Virus record (IMG/VR): IMGVR_UViG_3300025674_000024
Span: 1 to 64,000 of that record
Source of the DNA: a virus
Direction: 5' to 3' (one strand)
DNA: 64,000 bases
This document shows positions 1-8,942 of this stretch, in pieces; the first letter of the stretch is position 1, and the number at the start of each line of letters is the position of its first letter. A program made the translations under genes and the position numbers. The notes under the pieces were generated by a model that was not told where the DNA came from, did no database searches, and was given only the letters and a program-made list of their open reading frames with translations.

Positions 1-338
1 TGAGGACAAACTTTTCCTCTATGGGCTAATCCAATTTTTCGTTTGTGCTCTTCACTCTTTCTCCTTCCTTTACCCTTTAGACCGCCCAGTCTTCCACCTA
101 GTTTTCCCCCTAACTCGGCATACGCTATGATTGAATACTTACTATCCGACCCATGCCAAATGTGAAGATGAAACCACGGAGAGCAAACGTAGAGATTGGA
201 AGGGTCATTAGTTCCTCCTTCGGACCTAGGAATGCGATGATGAACGTGCATCCCTTTCATTTGCTCATCAGTGAGGCCCCAGTGCTCTTGAGCGATAAGA
301 CGGTGGCGTCTTTTATCTACCAAAACTAACTGCCCCAT
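1..338 (-). CDS. Free-standing HNH homing endonuclease with NUMOD3-like motif (3' end runs off the window)
   Basis: Hand translation from ATG 338: MGQLVLVDKRRHRLIAQEHWGLTDEQMKGMHVHHRIPRSEGGTNDPSNLYVCSPWFHLHIWH...KSEEHKRKIGLAHRGK; paralog of 31597..32253; not in ORF track. Confidence 0.85.
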   Translation of the reverse strand, partial: MGQLVLVDKRRHRLIAQEHWGLTDEQMKGMHVHHRIPRSEGGTNDPSNLYVCSPWFHLHIWHGSDSKYSIIAYAELGGKLGGRLGGLKGKGRRKSEEHKRKIGLAHRGKVCP

Positions 339-1054
339 ATAGCCCCAGAAGTGATTGGACAAACTTGTTCAAACACTGACTTTACAGCTTTTGACAGTTC
401 CACATGTTCCCACTGTACTACCCCTTCTTCACCTCTCACTGTGCAATAATGAATAAAGGATCTAGCATTCCCAGAAAGATAGAGCCGTGTGAATACTCCT
501 TGAGGCAGGACGAACCGTGCGATCTCCTTAGCGATGCCTTTGTCTAGGAGAGCGTTGTAAGCGTTCAGAGCGGTGTGATAAGCGACCTCCATCTCCTGCC
601 ACATCGCGTCTGTGAGAGAGGCGTCCGTAGTGAAGATGCTGTTCTGACGATTCTTTGTGTCCTGCTCTCGAGCCTCCTCGGGAATGTAGAACATCCCGTG
701 AGAGACGGGCAGGCCCTCCGCCATCTCCGCCATGATCTTCTGATCTTGGTACCGACCGCTAAACTGCTGGAAGCAGAATGACCTGTGACGTAATGCTTGG
801 ATGGAGATAGCGAGAGGAGTGACGACCTCTACCGTCATATTCCCCTGCTCGAACACACTCCAGTGCCCGTGCTTCGCACAGTACTTCAAGAGGCCTTCGA
901 TGGACGGGTTCTCTTGGTTCTTACTCGAGACACGCGCGATGTAGGCGATCGTCTCGTCGAGGTTGGGAGTAGCGGACACCAACCGAGCCTTGGAAGATCC
1001 GTGAGTAACCCAAGGAGAGATGTTGGTGATGGAGTCTGCTGTGACTTTGAGCAT
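326..1054 (-). CDS. thyX: FAD-dependent thymidylate synthase
   Basis: RHRSFCFQQFSGRY ThyX motif, GHWSVFE, AKEIARFVLP; start trimmed to ATG 1054 (MLKVTAD). Confidence 0.95.
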   Translation of the reverse strand: MLKVTADSITNISPWVTHGSSKARLVSATPNLDETIAYIARVSSKNQENPSIEGLLKYCAKHGHWSVFEQGNMTVEVVTPLAISIQALRHRSFCFQQFSGRYQDQKIMAEMAEGLPVSHGMFYIPEEAREQDTKNRQNSIFTTDASLTDAMWQEMEVAYHTALNAYNALLDKGIAKEIARFVLPQGVFTRLYLSGNARSFIHYCTVRGEEGVVQWEHVELSKAVKSVFEQVCPITSGAIWGS

Positions 1055-1068
1055 GGTGCGTTGTGAGT

Positions 1069-1473
1069 TTAACTTATGACTTGAGTTAGGATGAGTTCTC
1101 CGTCCCGGAATGTAAGCTCGTACTCGGGCCAATCCGAGTGGTACAGCTTGTCCTTGATCTTAGACCTCCAGTCCGACGGGTAAATGTGGATGGTGCGTGT
1201 GAGGCTGTGAGGGAGGACCTTGCCGTGATTGCCGTTGGGAACTGGGCGGAATGGTGGTAACCACTCTCTGTTCTCACGAGCCTTAAGAACATCCTCGGCA
1301 CTTTCCTCGACGATGTCGTAAGTACCCGACTCATCTACTCTCCAGAGTTGACCATCGGGATCTACCCAGTATATGTCCATGCAGCAGTCCAAGTCCTTGC
1401 ATTGAAACACGTCTTGAGGCCCCACTCGATCATCAAGAGGCGCTGCGCACCTCACAAAGTCAAACATCCCCAT
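1069..1473 (-). CDS. Phage hypothetical protein (MGMFDFVRC...)
   Basis: ORF; GAGG SD before ATG 1473; N-terminus typical of a common phage hypothetical family. Confidence 0.7.
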   Translation of the reverse strand: MGMFDFVRCAAPLDDRVGPQDVFQCKDLDCCMDIYWVDPDGQLWRVDESGTYDIVEESAEDVLKARENREWLPPFRPVPNGNHGKVLPHSLTRTIHIYPSDWRSKIKDKLYHSDWPEYELTFRDGELILTQVIS

Positions 1474-1660
1474 CTTGGACCTCTCGCTTGGGGTACACAG
1501 GGAAGCGTCGCAGCGTTGCGAGCCACTCATAGGTCTCCTCACACACTTCGTGGAGTTCGCTGTTGCAGTTCCAGATGATAGCCTCCACGGTGCCGGGAGC
1601 CTTTCGGATCTCTTCCATCAGGATGCCAATAGCCTTGTCGCGTTTGTCTGCGTAGTTCAT
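1460..1660 (-). CDS. Hypothetical protein, 66 aa
   Basis: ORF in operon context. Confidence 0.6.
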   Translation of the reverse strand: MNYADKRDKAIGILMEEIRKAPGTVEAIIWNCNSELHEVCEETYEWLATLRRFPVYPKREVQDGDV

Positions 1661-1665
1661 GGTCG

Positions 1666-1833
1666 TTACTTACAGTCGATTTTCTTGACCCAGCCACACT
1701 TCTTGCAGCGGAGGAAGTAGCGAGTGCCAATCCCGTTGTCTCCGAAGTCGTTGGTCCACTCGAGGCGTTTCTTGTCGATGGTCTCCCACTCGTGGATGTG
1801 ACCGCGAAGGAGAAGTTCTAAGAGTCTTAACAT
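1666..1833 (-). CDS. Small protein with HxH and CxxC (55 aa)
   Basis: Hand translation MLRLLELLLRGHIHEWETIDKK...YFLRCKKCGWVKKIDCK; fills the gap between genes. Confidence 0.65.
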   Translation of the reverse strand: MLRLLELLLRGHIHEWETIDKKRLEWTNDFGDNGIGTRYFLRCKKCGWVKKIDCK

Positions 1834-1842
1834 AATGTTATC

Positions 1843-2475
1843 TCAAAAATTGAGGTCGATGTCATTAAGATCAGGCTCTTCAGTGAAGTCGCCGATCATC
1901 TTCTTCATCAGCAGAAGAGTTGACATGCAATCGGTGAGAGCGTCGTGCGCTTGGCCGTGCGCGAGCTGCGGGAGCTTGTGCCACTTCCAGTCCTTCTTGC
2001 TGCTCTGCCAGTTACCGCACCACTTGGAGTAAGCCTCCATGGCGCAGGACGTGTCAAAGTCTGGGATGTCTTTGTCGTACTTACCGAAGAGGTGAGTGAT
2101 GAGGTGGATGTCAAACGCGGCGTTGTATGCCACGAGGTGATGTCCCTTGATGATCTGAGCAAGGAGAGGAGCGATCTCTGGGAAAGTCGGCGATAGCTCC
2201 ACCATCTCAGGAGTGATCCCGTGCTTTTCGTAGGCCTCCTTGCCCATCTTACTATTGGGCTTGACCAAAGCGGAAAACACGGAGCGGCCCGCTGTGTTAA
2301 TGATGGAAATCTGGCAGATCTCAGTCTCAGGGTCCTTGCTCAGGATCCCAGTCGTCTCCGTGTCCACGATGAGAGTGAAAGGATCGGCAAGCCTCTCTCG
2401 GCACCACTTCTCCGCGCTCTCTTTGGCCTCCTGAATCTCCTCCTCGGTCGGTCGTGTCGTCTTTAACTTCATCAT
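1843..2475 (-). CDS. DEDDh 3'-5' exonuclease (DnaQ/epsilon-like)
   Basis: VDTETTG (ExoI), VAYNAAFD (ExoII), AHDALTD (ExoIII); start trimmed to ATG 2475. Confidence 0.92.
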   Translation of the reverse strand: MMKLKTTRPTEEEIQEAKESAEKWCRERLADPFTLIVDTETTGILSKDPETEICQISIINTAGRSVFSALVKPNSKMGKEAYEKHGITPEMVELSPTFPEIAPLLAQIIKGHHLVAYNAAFDIHLITHLFGKYDKDIPDFDTSCAMEAYSKWCGNWQSSKKDWKWHKLPQLAHGQAHDALTDCMSTLLLMKKMIGDFTEEPDLNDIDLNF

Positions 2476-2908
2476 TTGAATAGCGTTGTTTGATCCCGGG
2501 TGTGAAGGTCTCGAGCTCGGTTTGTCCCATCGGGAGGATGGAGAAGTCGTGGAAGCCGTGGAGGCCTCTCTGCTTAGACTTTCCTCCAAGCCGGTAGTAG
2601 GCGTAGACAGACCCCCGGAAAGTGATCCTCCTGCCTCTCTTCGTTTCAATTCCCAGCCTGACGATGTGCTTAGTTAGCACCCATAGGTGGGGAAGTTTGA
2701 TACTGTGCCTCGGTTTGCCACGAGGAAGCGGGTGTACAATCAGATTGACAAGCAAAAGAGACTGGAGATCCGCACGCTCCGGGTGCTCCCGGACCTCCTT
2801 CACTCGTCCAGATACCTCTACGAGCTGTGCCTCGAATGGCAAAAGCTCCTTTCGGTAGTTCTTAGCGTAAACCCTCTCCTCCGGCGGCACGGGGGAATAG
2901 TGGCTCAT
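2327..2908 (-). CDS. Hypothetical protein, possible OB-like fold
   Basis: 193-aa ORF; 3' end overlaps exonuclease start. Confidence 0.55.
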   Translation of the reverse strand: MSHYSPVPPEERVYAKNYRKELLPFEAQLVEVSGRVKEVREHPERADLQSLLLVNLIVHPLPRGKPRHSIKLPHLWVLTKHIVRLGIETKRGRRITFRGSVYAYYRLGGKSKQRGLHGFHDFSILPMGQTELETFTPGIKQRYSNDEVKDDTTDRGGDSGGQRERGEVVPREACRSFHSHRGHGDDWDPEQGP

Positions 2909-2996
2909 GGGCCCATGCGGTCCCTGCGTCTACGAAGTTATTGTAGAGGAGCCTGTCTCGAGTAAACTGCTCTGTGCTCAAAGCTCTAAGAGAGCA

Positions 2997-3090
2997 GAGA
3001 GAGGACACTGCAACGAGAGGAGAGAGGACACGGCTCTCTCGTGCTCACTGCTCTTACTATGTCACAAATTGATAGTTTCGGGTAAAACTC
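2997..3090 (+). promoter_or_regulatory. Two GAGAGGACAC direct repeats + GGCTCTC + GGGTAAAACTC
   Basis: Repeats at 2999-3008 and 3022-3031, motif at 3080; same cassette recurs upstream of phoH. Confidence 0.55.
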
Positions 3091-3111
3091 GCTTGAGTTG
3101 ATCAATGAGTT

Positions 3112-3432
3112 ATGCCCAGATTCAATAACCGAGATCATTTTGGTAAAACTCTCCGTAGATTTGAGAAACCTATGACACAGGAGTTTAAGTTAAGAGAGTT
3201 CCATGTCCCAGTCCCAGAGCCCGGTCCGACCGTGTATGCTCTACGTCACGCGAATAAGAGACTCGTCAATAAGAGGACTGGGCAGGGGTACGACGTCCCG
3301 GGCGGTATGACTTGGACGGAGATATGTGAGACTGTGCTTAAGGATGGGACTAACCCAGGTCGCCTAGCGATGGTTGCAAGAGGACGGCTTAAGAGCACCA
3401 ACGGATGGGAGGTTACGATCCTAGACTCATGA
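3112..3432 (+). CDS. Hypothetical protein
   Basis: ORF downstream of GGGTAAAA motif; ATGA overlap with next gene. Confidence 0.6.
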   Translation: MPRFNNRDHFGKTLRRFEKPMTQEFKLREFHVPVPEPGPTVYALRHANKRLVNKRTGQGYDVPGGMTWTEICETVLKDGTNPGRLAMVARGRLKSTNGWEVTILDS

Positions 3433-4181
3433 CGGTAGGCAAAGACACGTTCGGACTCGGTAAGGGCGAGTTCGCGAAGAAGCTCTCACGCATCGTTGAC
3501 TCACACCGCGCGGGCTCCAAGCTCATAGGAGAACCTCGCAACTTCATCATCACCGCGGCACGCTTAGCGGAGCGGTTCTCCACAGTCGCTAACGAACCCG
3601 ACGTGGAACTCCGCGTGAAGATGTGGCCGTGCGGTCCTCGCAAGGTGAAGATGGCTGTGATAAAGAGAGGAGACGGCAAGGAGTACCCCATCCCAAAGAA
3701 CCAACTCGTTGACGCTCTCTATCCTCCCAGGCAGACTGTCCGCACACCCAACGTAGAGAGGAAGCACGTCACAGCCGTGCGTGCAGCTATGAGGCAGTTG
3801 GTGGATCACCAGCTCCGCTCCTATCGCAAGTCTCTCTCGTACCCGATTGAGTGTTATGTGACTGGGAAGCAGCTAAGGCCGGGAATGCGCGTGGACATCG
3901 ATCACCTCGGGAAGCCTTTCGTGCAGATAGCGGACGAATGGGTTGATTCCCTCGGGTTAACCTACTGTGATTTTGCCTTGTGTGGCCCTCCCAACTTGAA
4001 GCGGTTCAAGGAGGCGAAGTACAACGACGCGTGGGCGATGTTCCACGAGGAGAACGCCCGCCTCATTGCCGCATGCGCGGCGGCAAATAGATCAAAAGGG
4101 AGCGGTGATTACACCACTCCCTCGGAGATCGTCGGGTCGTTCGCTAAGAGGGACGAGGACGAGGTTGATCTAGACTTTTAA
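3429..4181 (+). CDS. DCL/DUF3223-like protein with HNH-like C-terminal half
   Basis: RAAMRQLV, DIDH...F, W..FH...ARL...C..ANRSKG pattern; start at ATG 3429. Confidence 0.5.
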   Translation: MTVGKDTFGLGKGEFAKKLSRIVDSHRAGSKLIGEPRNFIITAARLAERFSTVANEPDVELRVKMWPCGPRKVKMAVIKRGDGKEYPIPKNQLVDALYPPRQTVRTPNVERKHVTAVRAAMRQLVDHQLRSYRKSLSYPIECYVTGKQLRPGMRVDIDHLGKPFVQIADEWVDSLGLTYCDFALCGPPNLKRFKEAKYNDAWAMFHEENARLIAACAAANRSKGSGDYTTPSEIVGSFAKRDEDEVDLDF

Positions 4182-5905
4182 CTCTCTACCTGTAATAGAC
4201 ATTGAGAATCATCTTCGTCCGCTGCTAAGTACACCCATTCAAATGTGATCTTTGTTCCGGGATTTACAACTGTGGAGTATAAAGAGTATCTAGCGCTGCT
4301 AGTTGGACTGTTGAACTGGTAATTAGTTCCGTATATCCCTATGTTGGGTATAGAAACTCGGGAATTCACAGAGAGAGATGAGCTTGGAATACTAACGGAT
4401 CCCCCACCGTCTCTCACTAAAAAGATGTCTCCAACTCCTGTGGTGTCATTAAGGTAATAAAAGCCCTGAAGAATAACCCCCTTGGGGGGCTTAGGCCCCG
4501 GATTATGGGCAGTCCAACTATTTTGATAAGTAAAAGTATGAGATACTCTTTTCAATGAGGAATAGTCAAGATTCACTCCGTTAAACCCGTCTACAAACTT
4601 TCCTCCGCAAATGTTGCTAACAGCTATATTTGCTAGGGCACTGTCTGTTCTTAGATACAGCCCGTTAAATGAATAAGCGGGGAAATCAACATTTCCCCCG
4701 ACATTAACAAGGAGTTGTCCACTACCCTTTCCGTAAACAGAAAGATTTTCGAATTGAATTTCCGACCCCTGGCTGATGTAGATCAAAGAGTTAGCACTTC
4801 TGGGAAGATTTGCGTAATCTGCTGTGTTTCTTAACTCTACGTTCTTAAAGACCACGTTTTTACAGTAGGATTCTAAGAAAAGACCAGCACCTTGAAATCT
4901 TTCTCCTTGGATATTCTCAAAGAGAATGTTTTGACAGTTCCATGCTGTTATGACCCTGCCCTTAGACGCTTGACCCCCTTGTGCTTCTGATTCTGGGACT
5001 CTTATGTTTCTAACCACACAGTTGTTAGAGTAGGAGACTCGAACTGCAGCAGATCCAGGGTTTTTAGCTTCTACGCCCTCTACGAGGAAGTTTTTCGCAT
5101 AAAAGACTTGAATTGCTTGCTCAACGTTTCCAGAACTCCCCTGAATAATGCGGAAGTTTTTGATGAACCCTCCATTCACCCACTCCGCCTTTTGAACTCG
5201 TCTATTCCGCGTCTCTGTAGAGGCAACGTCCATAAGCTCGGGAGCTGGAAAGTTCACGGATAAGACGTTACCGACAACATTAGTAATGTTGGTGAAGTAA
5301 GTATATTTTGCTTCAAAGTCATCAGCGGAGTTATCGATAATCCTGACAAACACATCATCTCCCACACTAAACCCACTTGCGTCATCTACAGTGATAGACG
5401 TACTGTATTGAGAGATACTCGAGATAATTAGGGCATCAACAGAAAAACTTTCCGGTCCTGTCGATAGCGCAGAGCAGTTGTCATCTACGATTAAAGTGCT
5501 TCTGAGCCCGTCCAAAGAAACATTAGGAAGTAGTCTAATACTGGGGCCATTATCTAAAGGACTCTTTCTTTTGACGACGTATTGTGCGGTTGGAAAGTAT
5601 ACGACTCCGCCGCCAGCGGAATGACACGCATCAATAGCATTGTTGATTGCAACGGTGTCGTCAGTTGTTCCATTTCCAACTGCTCCGTAGTCCTTCACAC
5701 TGAAAAAGGCCTCTCGGAATTTTGTTTGAACAGAGCGCGTAGTCTCGGTACCAGTGGATCCAAACGGGGTGTAACTTACTAGATTAGAGCTAGTGCTGAC
5801 GCCTCCGCCTGAAATCTTGGTTAAGGAAACTGATCCGTCGATAAGGCGGTCGCCGTCGATGGAGTTGTCGTTCGCGCTGTCGGCGATGAGTCTGGGCTTT
5901 GTCAT
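4178..5905 (-). CDS. Tailspike / right-handed beta-helix receptor-binding protein
   Basis: SVKDYGAVGNGTTDDTVAINNAIDA...GGGVVYFP pectate-lyase-3-like start, beta-helix repeats; AT-rich body. Confidence 0.85.
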   Translation of the reverse strand: MTKPRLIADSANDNSIDGDRLIDGSVSLTKISGGGVSTSSNLVSYTPFGSTGTETTRSVQTKFREAFFSVKDYGAVGNGTTDDTVAINNAIDACHSAGGGVVYFPTAQYVVKRKSPLDNGPSIRLLPNVSLDGLRSTLIVDDNCSALSTGPESFSVDALIISSISQYSTSITVDDASGFSVGDDVFVRIIDNSADDFEAKYTYFTNITNVVGNVLSVNFPAPELMDVASTETRNRRVQKAEWVNGGFIKNFRIIQGSSGNVEQAIQVFYAKNFLVEGVEAKNPGSAAVRVSYSNNCVVRNIRVPESEAQGGQASKGRVITAWNCQNILFENIQGERFQGAGLFLESYCKNVVFKNVELRNTADYANLPRSANSLIYISQGSEIQFENLSVYGKGSGQLLVNVGGNVDFPAYSFNGLYLRTDSALANIAVSNICGGKFVDGFNGVNLDYSSLKRVSHTFTYQNSWTAHNPGPKPPKGVILQGFYYLNDTTGVGDIFLVRDGGGSVSIPSSSLSVNSRVSIPNIGIYGTNYQFNSPTSSARYSLYSTVVNPGTKITFEWVYLAADEDDSQCLLQVES

Positions 5906-8900
5906 GATCCGAAGAGAGCGGGTTTGATAGAGAAGTTCCTTACTGACACGGAGCCGCTATCGCTCCAGATCCTAAACTCGAGGGGGTAGCCGTCCGTGCG
6001 AGGAGTAGCGGCCCTTGTGATCGACTCTATGCGGGTCCCGGAGTTGGACGTGAGTACCATCGTGAGTTCGTAGGATGTCTCGGTCACGAATATCTCCCCG
6101 GATACCATGACGACCTCCCCGTCCGTGGAGCTGATCGGGGCGGCTGACGTGCTATTTGCCCCGTCGAAGGCGGTGAAATAGTGGTTAGCGGCGCCGACCA
6201 TCACGAGTTTGCCCTCGAAGAGGATCTTATCCGCTCCGTACGTATACGCGGGCAGAGCGGGAAAGTTGCAGGTGCGCCACGTGTCGTTAACGACTGTGGA
6301 CGTCACGCTCTCCGCGGCGGTCACTCGGAAGCACTCGAACCACAGGTCTCCTTCACCGAACCGAGAGTTCCCCTTGAGGTTGATGCTCACGTTATCCGGA
6401 TCGACAAAGTAAGACGTGATGCAGTTGCTCAGGATGCCGTCTGGCACCTTGTTCTTACTACCGGAGCTTTTCTGACCGAGAATCACTCGGCCGTTAGCTC
6501 TCACATTGGTGATGGTGGCATTTGGCCAGTACTCCGATGGCATGTAAGCGGCAATCGCAGCGGTCGTGACGTTGGTGTCTCCTCTGCACGAGACGTTCTC
6601 TACGTAATAGTCCATCATCACGGCCTGGGGGCTAATAAGGCTGTTGACCTGTGCAAGCACGACATACCTCATCTCCTCCACGTCAAAGTGAAAGTTGGTG
6701 AAGCGGAAGTTACCAGAGGACTCTTCTTTAGTAGTTCTTAAGACAATGCCTTCATCGATCGACTTAGCTCTGATGTAGATGTTATCGAATGTGATATCTG
6801 CTTCGGTTGTAGCTTGTCCGCTTACCCCATTCGGAAACTCCGCTCCCGGGGCAAACACGGAGATGTTTCGGAAAGTAAGACCCTTGGACCCCTCTCCCCA
6901 GTCAATGATCGGCTCACTGGGCTGTTGCGGGATTCTAGTTCCTCTTTTCGGAGGAGGGATGCGCAAGAAAAACATATTCTCGAACACGCTGTCTACCGAC
7001 CCGGTCTTCCACTCCATAAACCCGTTCGCGCAGGCCAGAGTGCAGTTGCGCATCGAGAGCCGGTTAACCGCGTTGGAGTTCGTACGACCGGGAGACTCTA
7101 GGTAGCAGTTGTAAACCTCGATCTCGTAGCACCCGCTAAAGTTTATGGCCGTCGAATCGCTGTTGCTGATGATAGAAACGTCTCTTATCGAGGATTTCAT
7201 CACCCAGGTGTCAGCTGGACTGGATCCGTTTGTGTAATCGTTGGGCTTAGCAACCTCGACTCCGACGAAGGAGTAGTTAAGCGGATGCTCTAGGTAGAGC
7301 CTCCCTGTGGTCGAATCTACTTCCAAGACGTTAACAATCTCTGCAAAGTCCGGGTTATCACCACTCGGAGTATAACTCGATTGACTCTTTATGAGACGGA
7401 GGCCGGTGCCGATGTAAGAGGCGTCCGCGGGGTTTGTCATCGTGATGAAAAAGTCCCCACGATTTACGTCATTGGCGGCTTTATACACTCTCACCAGATA
7501 TCTTCCTCTACTTAACCCGGTCCCAAAACTGCCCGGAGTCCAAACGTTTGAAACGTTCACGATTTGAGAGCTCCTGCCAGTCCCAAAGTAGGACGTGTGG
7601 GAAACATACAGGGTTAAAGAAGAAATACCGTAAGTTCCCGCTGGGATAAACACCCCGGTCTTCTTCCCTTCGGTTTCGTACCTTTTTAAAGCGTAAGCGC
7701 CGGCGGCATTGATAGCGGGGGCGTTATCCGACCCGAAAGCAAACTTAACGTTTGTCTCAGAGTAAGTCGGTGTGCCTTGGAGTCGGACCTCGGTGGAGCT
7801 GTTAACCCCAGTGATGCGGCTGTTAAAGAAACCATAGTCGTCAACCCCCTGGATCACCACACTCTTTCCGGCATCCGCCGAAGAAAAGATCGGCTCTGAG
7901 CACCTTAAGATTTTTGATCCCCCGACCGTCTCTCCGTCGTAGCGAATCTGCGCGTCAGCGACCGCCCCAAAGTCGTCGATGCTGACATACTCCTCAAACT
8001 TATCATTAACAGAGACCGGTACCGAGCCCGGAGCCATGGTTCCAAACAACGGATAAGGGGCCACCGCGGCCGCGTCAGTGACAATGCCCGGATCGTACTC
8101 CAACTTGTTAGAATCTACCGCCGCTCCGGCGGGGATCTTAGAGTCCGTAACGGCTCCGTCTGCGAGCTTCGCGGTCGTTACGGCATCATCTGCGAGCTTC
8201 GCGGTCGTTACGGCATCATCTGCGAGCTTCGCGGTCGTTACGGCATCATCTGCGAGCTTCGCGGTCGTTACGGCATCATCTGCGAGCTTCGCAGTCGTTA
8301 CAGCCCCATCAGCAAGCTTTGCGGTCGTTATCGACCCGTCCGGGATGGCTGCGACGCTGAAGGGAGAATAGATAAGCACCACAATAACGTCCCCGGCGGT
8401 GAGAGCCGCTAGGCTGGAGAACGTTGTGCCGTTTGTCCCCGCATAGTCCGCCCCCCTTTCGAGAAGCACGCCGTTGAGATACAACTGCTCGAGTCCGGGC
8501 GTGTACGCGAGTTGCTGCCCCGAGTCGTCTGGGCCGGACAGGGACGTCTCTCCGCCAGTCGCCGTCTTCGTCCACCTCAGGAGGGAGACGTTGGAACCGC
8601 CGCCACTTCCGCTGCCGGCATCGATCCAGGAGGCCCCGTCGTAGATCTTGAGCACTGGCGGGGCGACCGACTTGTCGAGCCACATCTCCCCAACGGTGTT
8701 TCCAGTCAGCCCGGTAGCTGAGGCGTTGGGGGGAGAACCGTCCGCGGTGATCGCAGCGGGGCCTACTTTCACCAGAGAGCCGTCCGCGGCTTTGAAGAAG
8801 AGTCCAGGTTCCGTGGAGTTCAGGTTGAGAGCGGGCTGGCCCTCGAGAAGATTGTTCGGGAAGGGGCGCTCCTGGGCGTTCGTGGAGCGGAGGAGCTGGA

Positions 8901-8913
8901 TGCTGGATGCCAT
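5902..8913 (-). CDS. Tailspike with shared N-terminal anchor domain, VTTAKLAD repeats and beta-helix
   Basis: MASSIQLLRS anchor; SIDDFGAVAD...DNAPAINAA...FIPAGTY. Confidence 0.85.
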   Translation of the reverse strand: MASSIQLLRSTNAQERPFPNNLLEGQPALNLNSTEPGLFFKAADGSLVKVGPAAITADGSPPNASATGLTGNTVGEMWLDKSVAPPVLKIYDGASWIDAGSGSGGGSNVSLLRWTKTATGGETSLSGPDDSGQQLAYTPGLEQLYLNGVLLERGADYAGTNGTTFSSLAALTAGDVIVVLIYSPFSVAAIPDGSITTAKLADGAVTTAKLADDAVTTAKLADDAVTTAKLADDAVTTAKLADDAVTTAKLADGAVTDSKIPAGAAVDSNKLEYDPGIVTDAAAVAPYPLFGTMAPGSVPVSVNDKFEEYVSIDDFGAVADAQIRYDGETVGGSKILRCSEPIFSSADAGKSVVIQGVDDYGFFNSRITGVNSSTEVRLQGTPTYSETNVKFAFGSDNAPAINAAGAYALKRYETEGKKTGVFIPAGTYGISSLTLYVSHTSYFGTGRSSQIVNVSNVWTPGSFGTGLSRGRYLVRVYKAANDVNRGDFFITMTNPADASYIGTGLRLIKSQSSYTPSGDNPDFAEIVNVLEVDSTTGRLYLEHPLNYSFVGVEVAKPNDYTNGSSPADTWVMKSSIRDVSIISNSDSTAINFSGCYEIEVYNCYLESPGRTNSNAVNRLSMRNCTLACANGFMEWKTGSVDSVFENMFFLRIPPPKRGTRIPQQPSEPIIDWGEGSKGLTFRNISVFAPGAEFPNGVSGQATTEADITFDNIYIRAKSIDEGIVLRTTKEESSGNFRFTNFHFDVEEMRYVVLAQVNSLISPQAVMMDYYVENVSCRGDTNVTTAAIAAYMPSEYWPNATITNVRANGRVILGQKSSGSKNKVPDGILSNCITSYFVDPDNVSINLKGNSRFGEGDLWFECFRVTAAESVTSTVVNDTWRTCNFPALPAYTYGADKILFEGKLVMVGAANHYFTAFDGANSTSAAPISSTDGEVVMVSGEIFVTETSYELTMVLTSNSGTRIESITRAATPRTDGYPLEFRIWSDSGSVSVRNFSIKPALFGS
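8131..8340 (-). repeat. 30-bp in-frame tandem repeat (4 exact + 3 degenerate) encoding (D/G)AVTTAKLAD
   Basis: tgcgagcttcgcggtcgttacggcatcatc exact x4 at 8161-8280. Confidence 0.95.
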
Positions 8914-8942
8914 GGCGTGTCTGAGTTCTTATTCTTCCGAGG

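Noticed and set aside
8161-8280. 30-bp repeats as a CRISPR array
   Set aside because: No spacers; in-frame coding repeat inside a tailspike; no cas genes seen.
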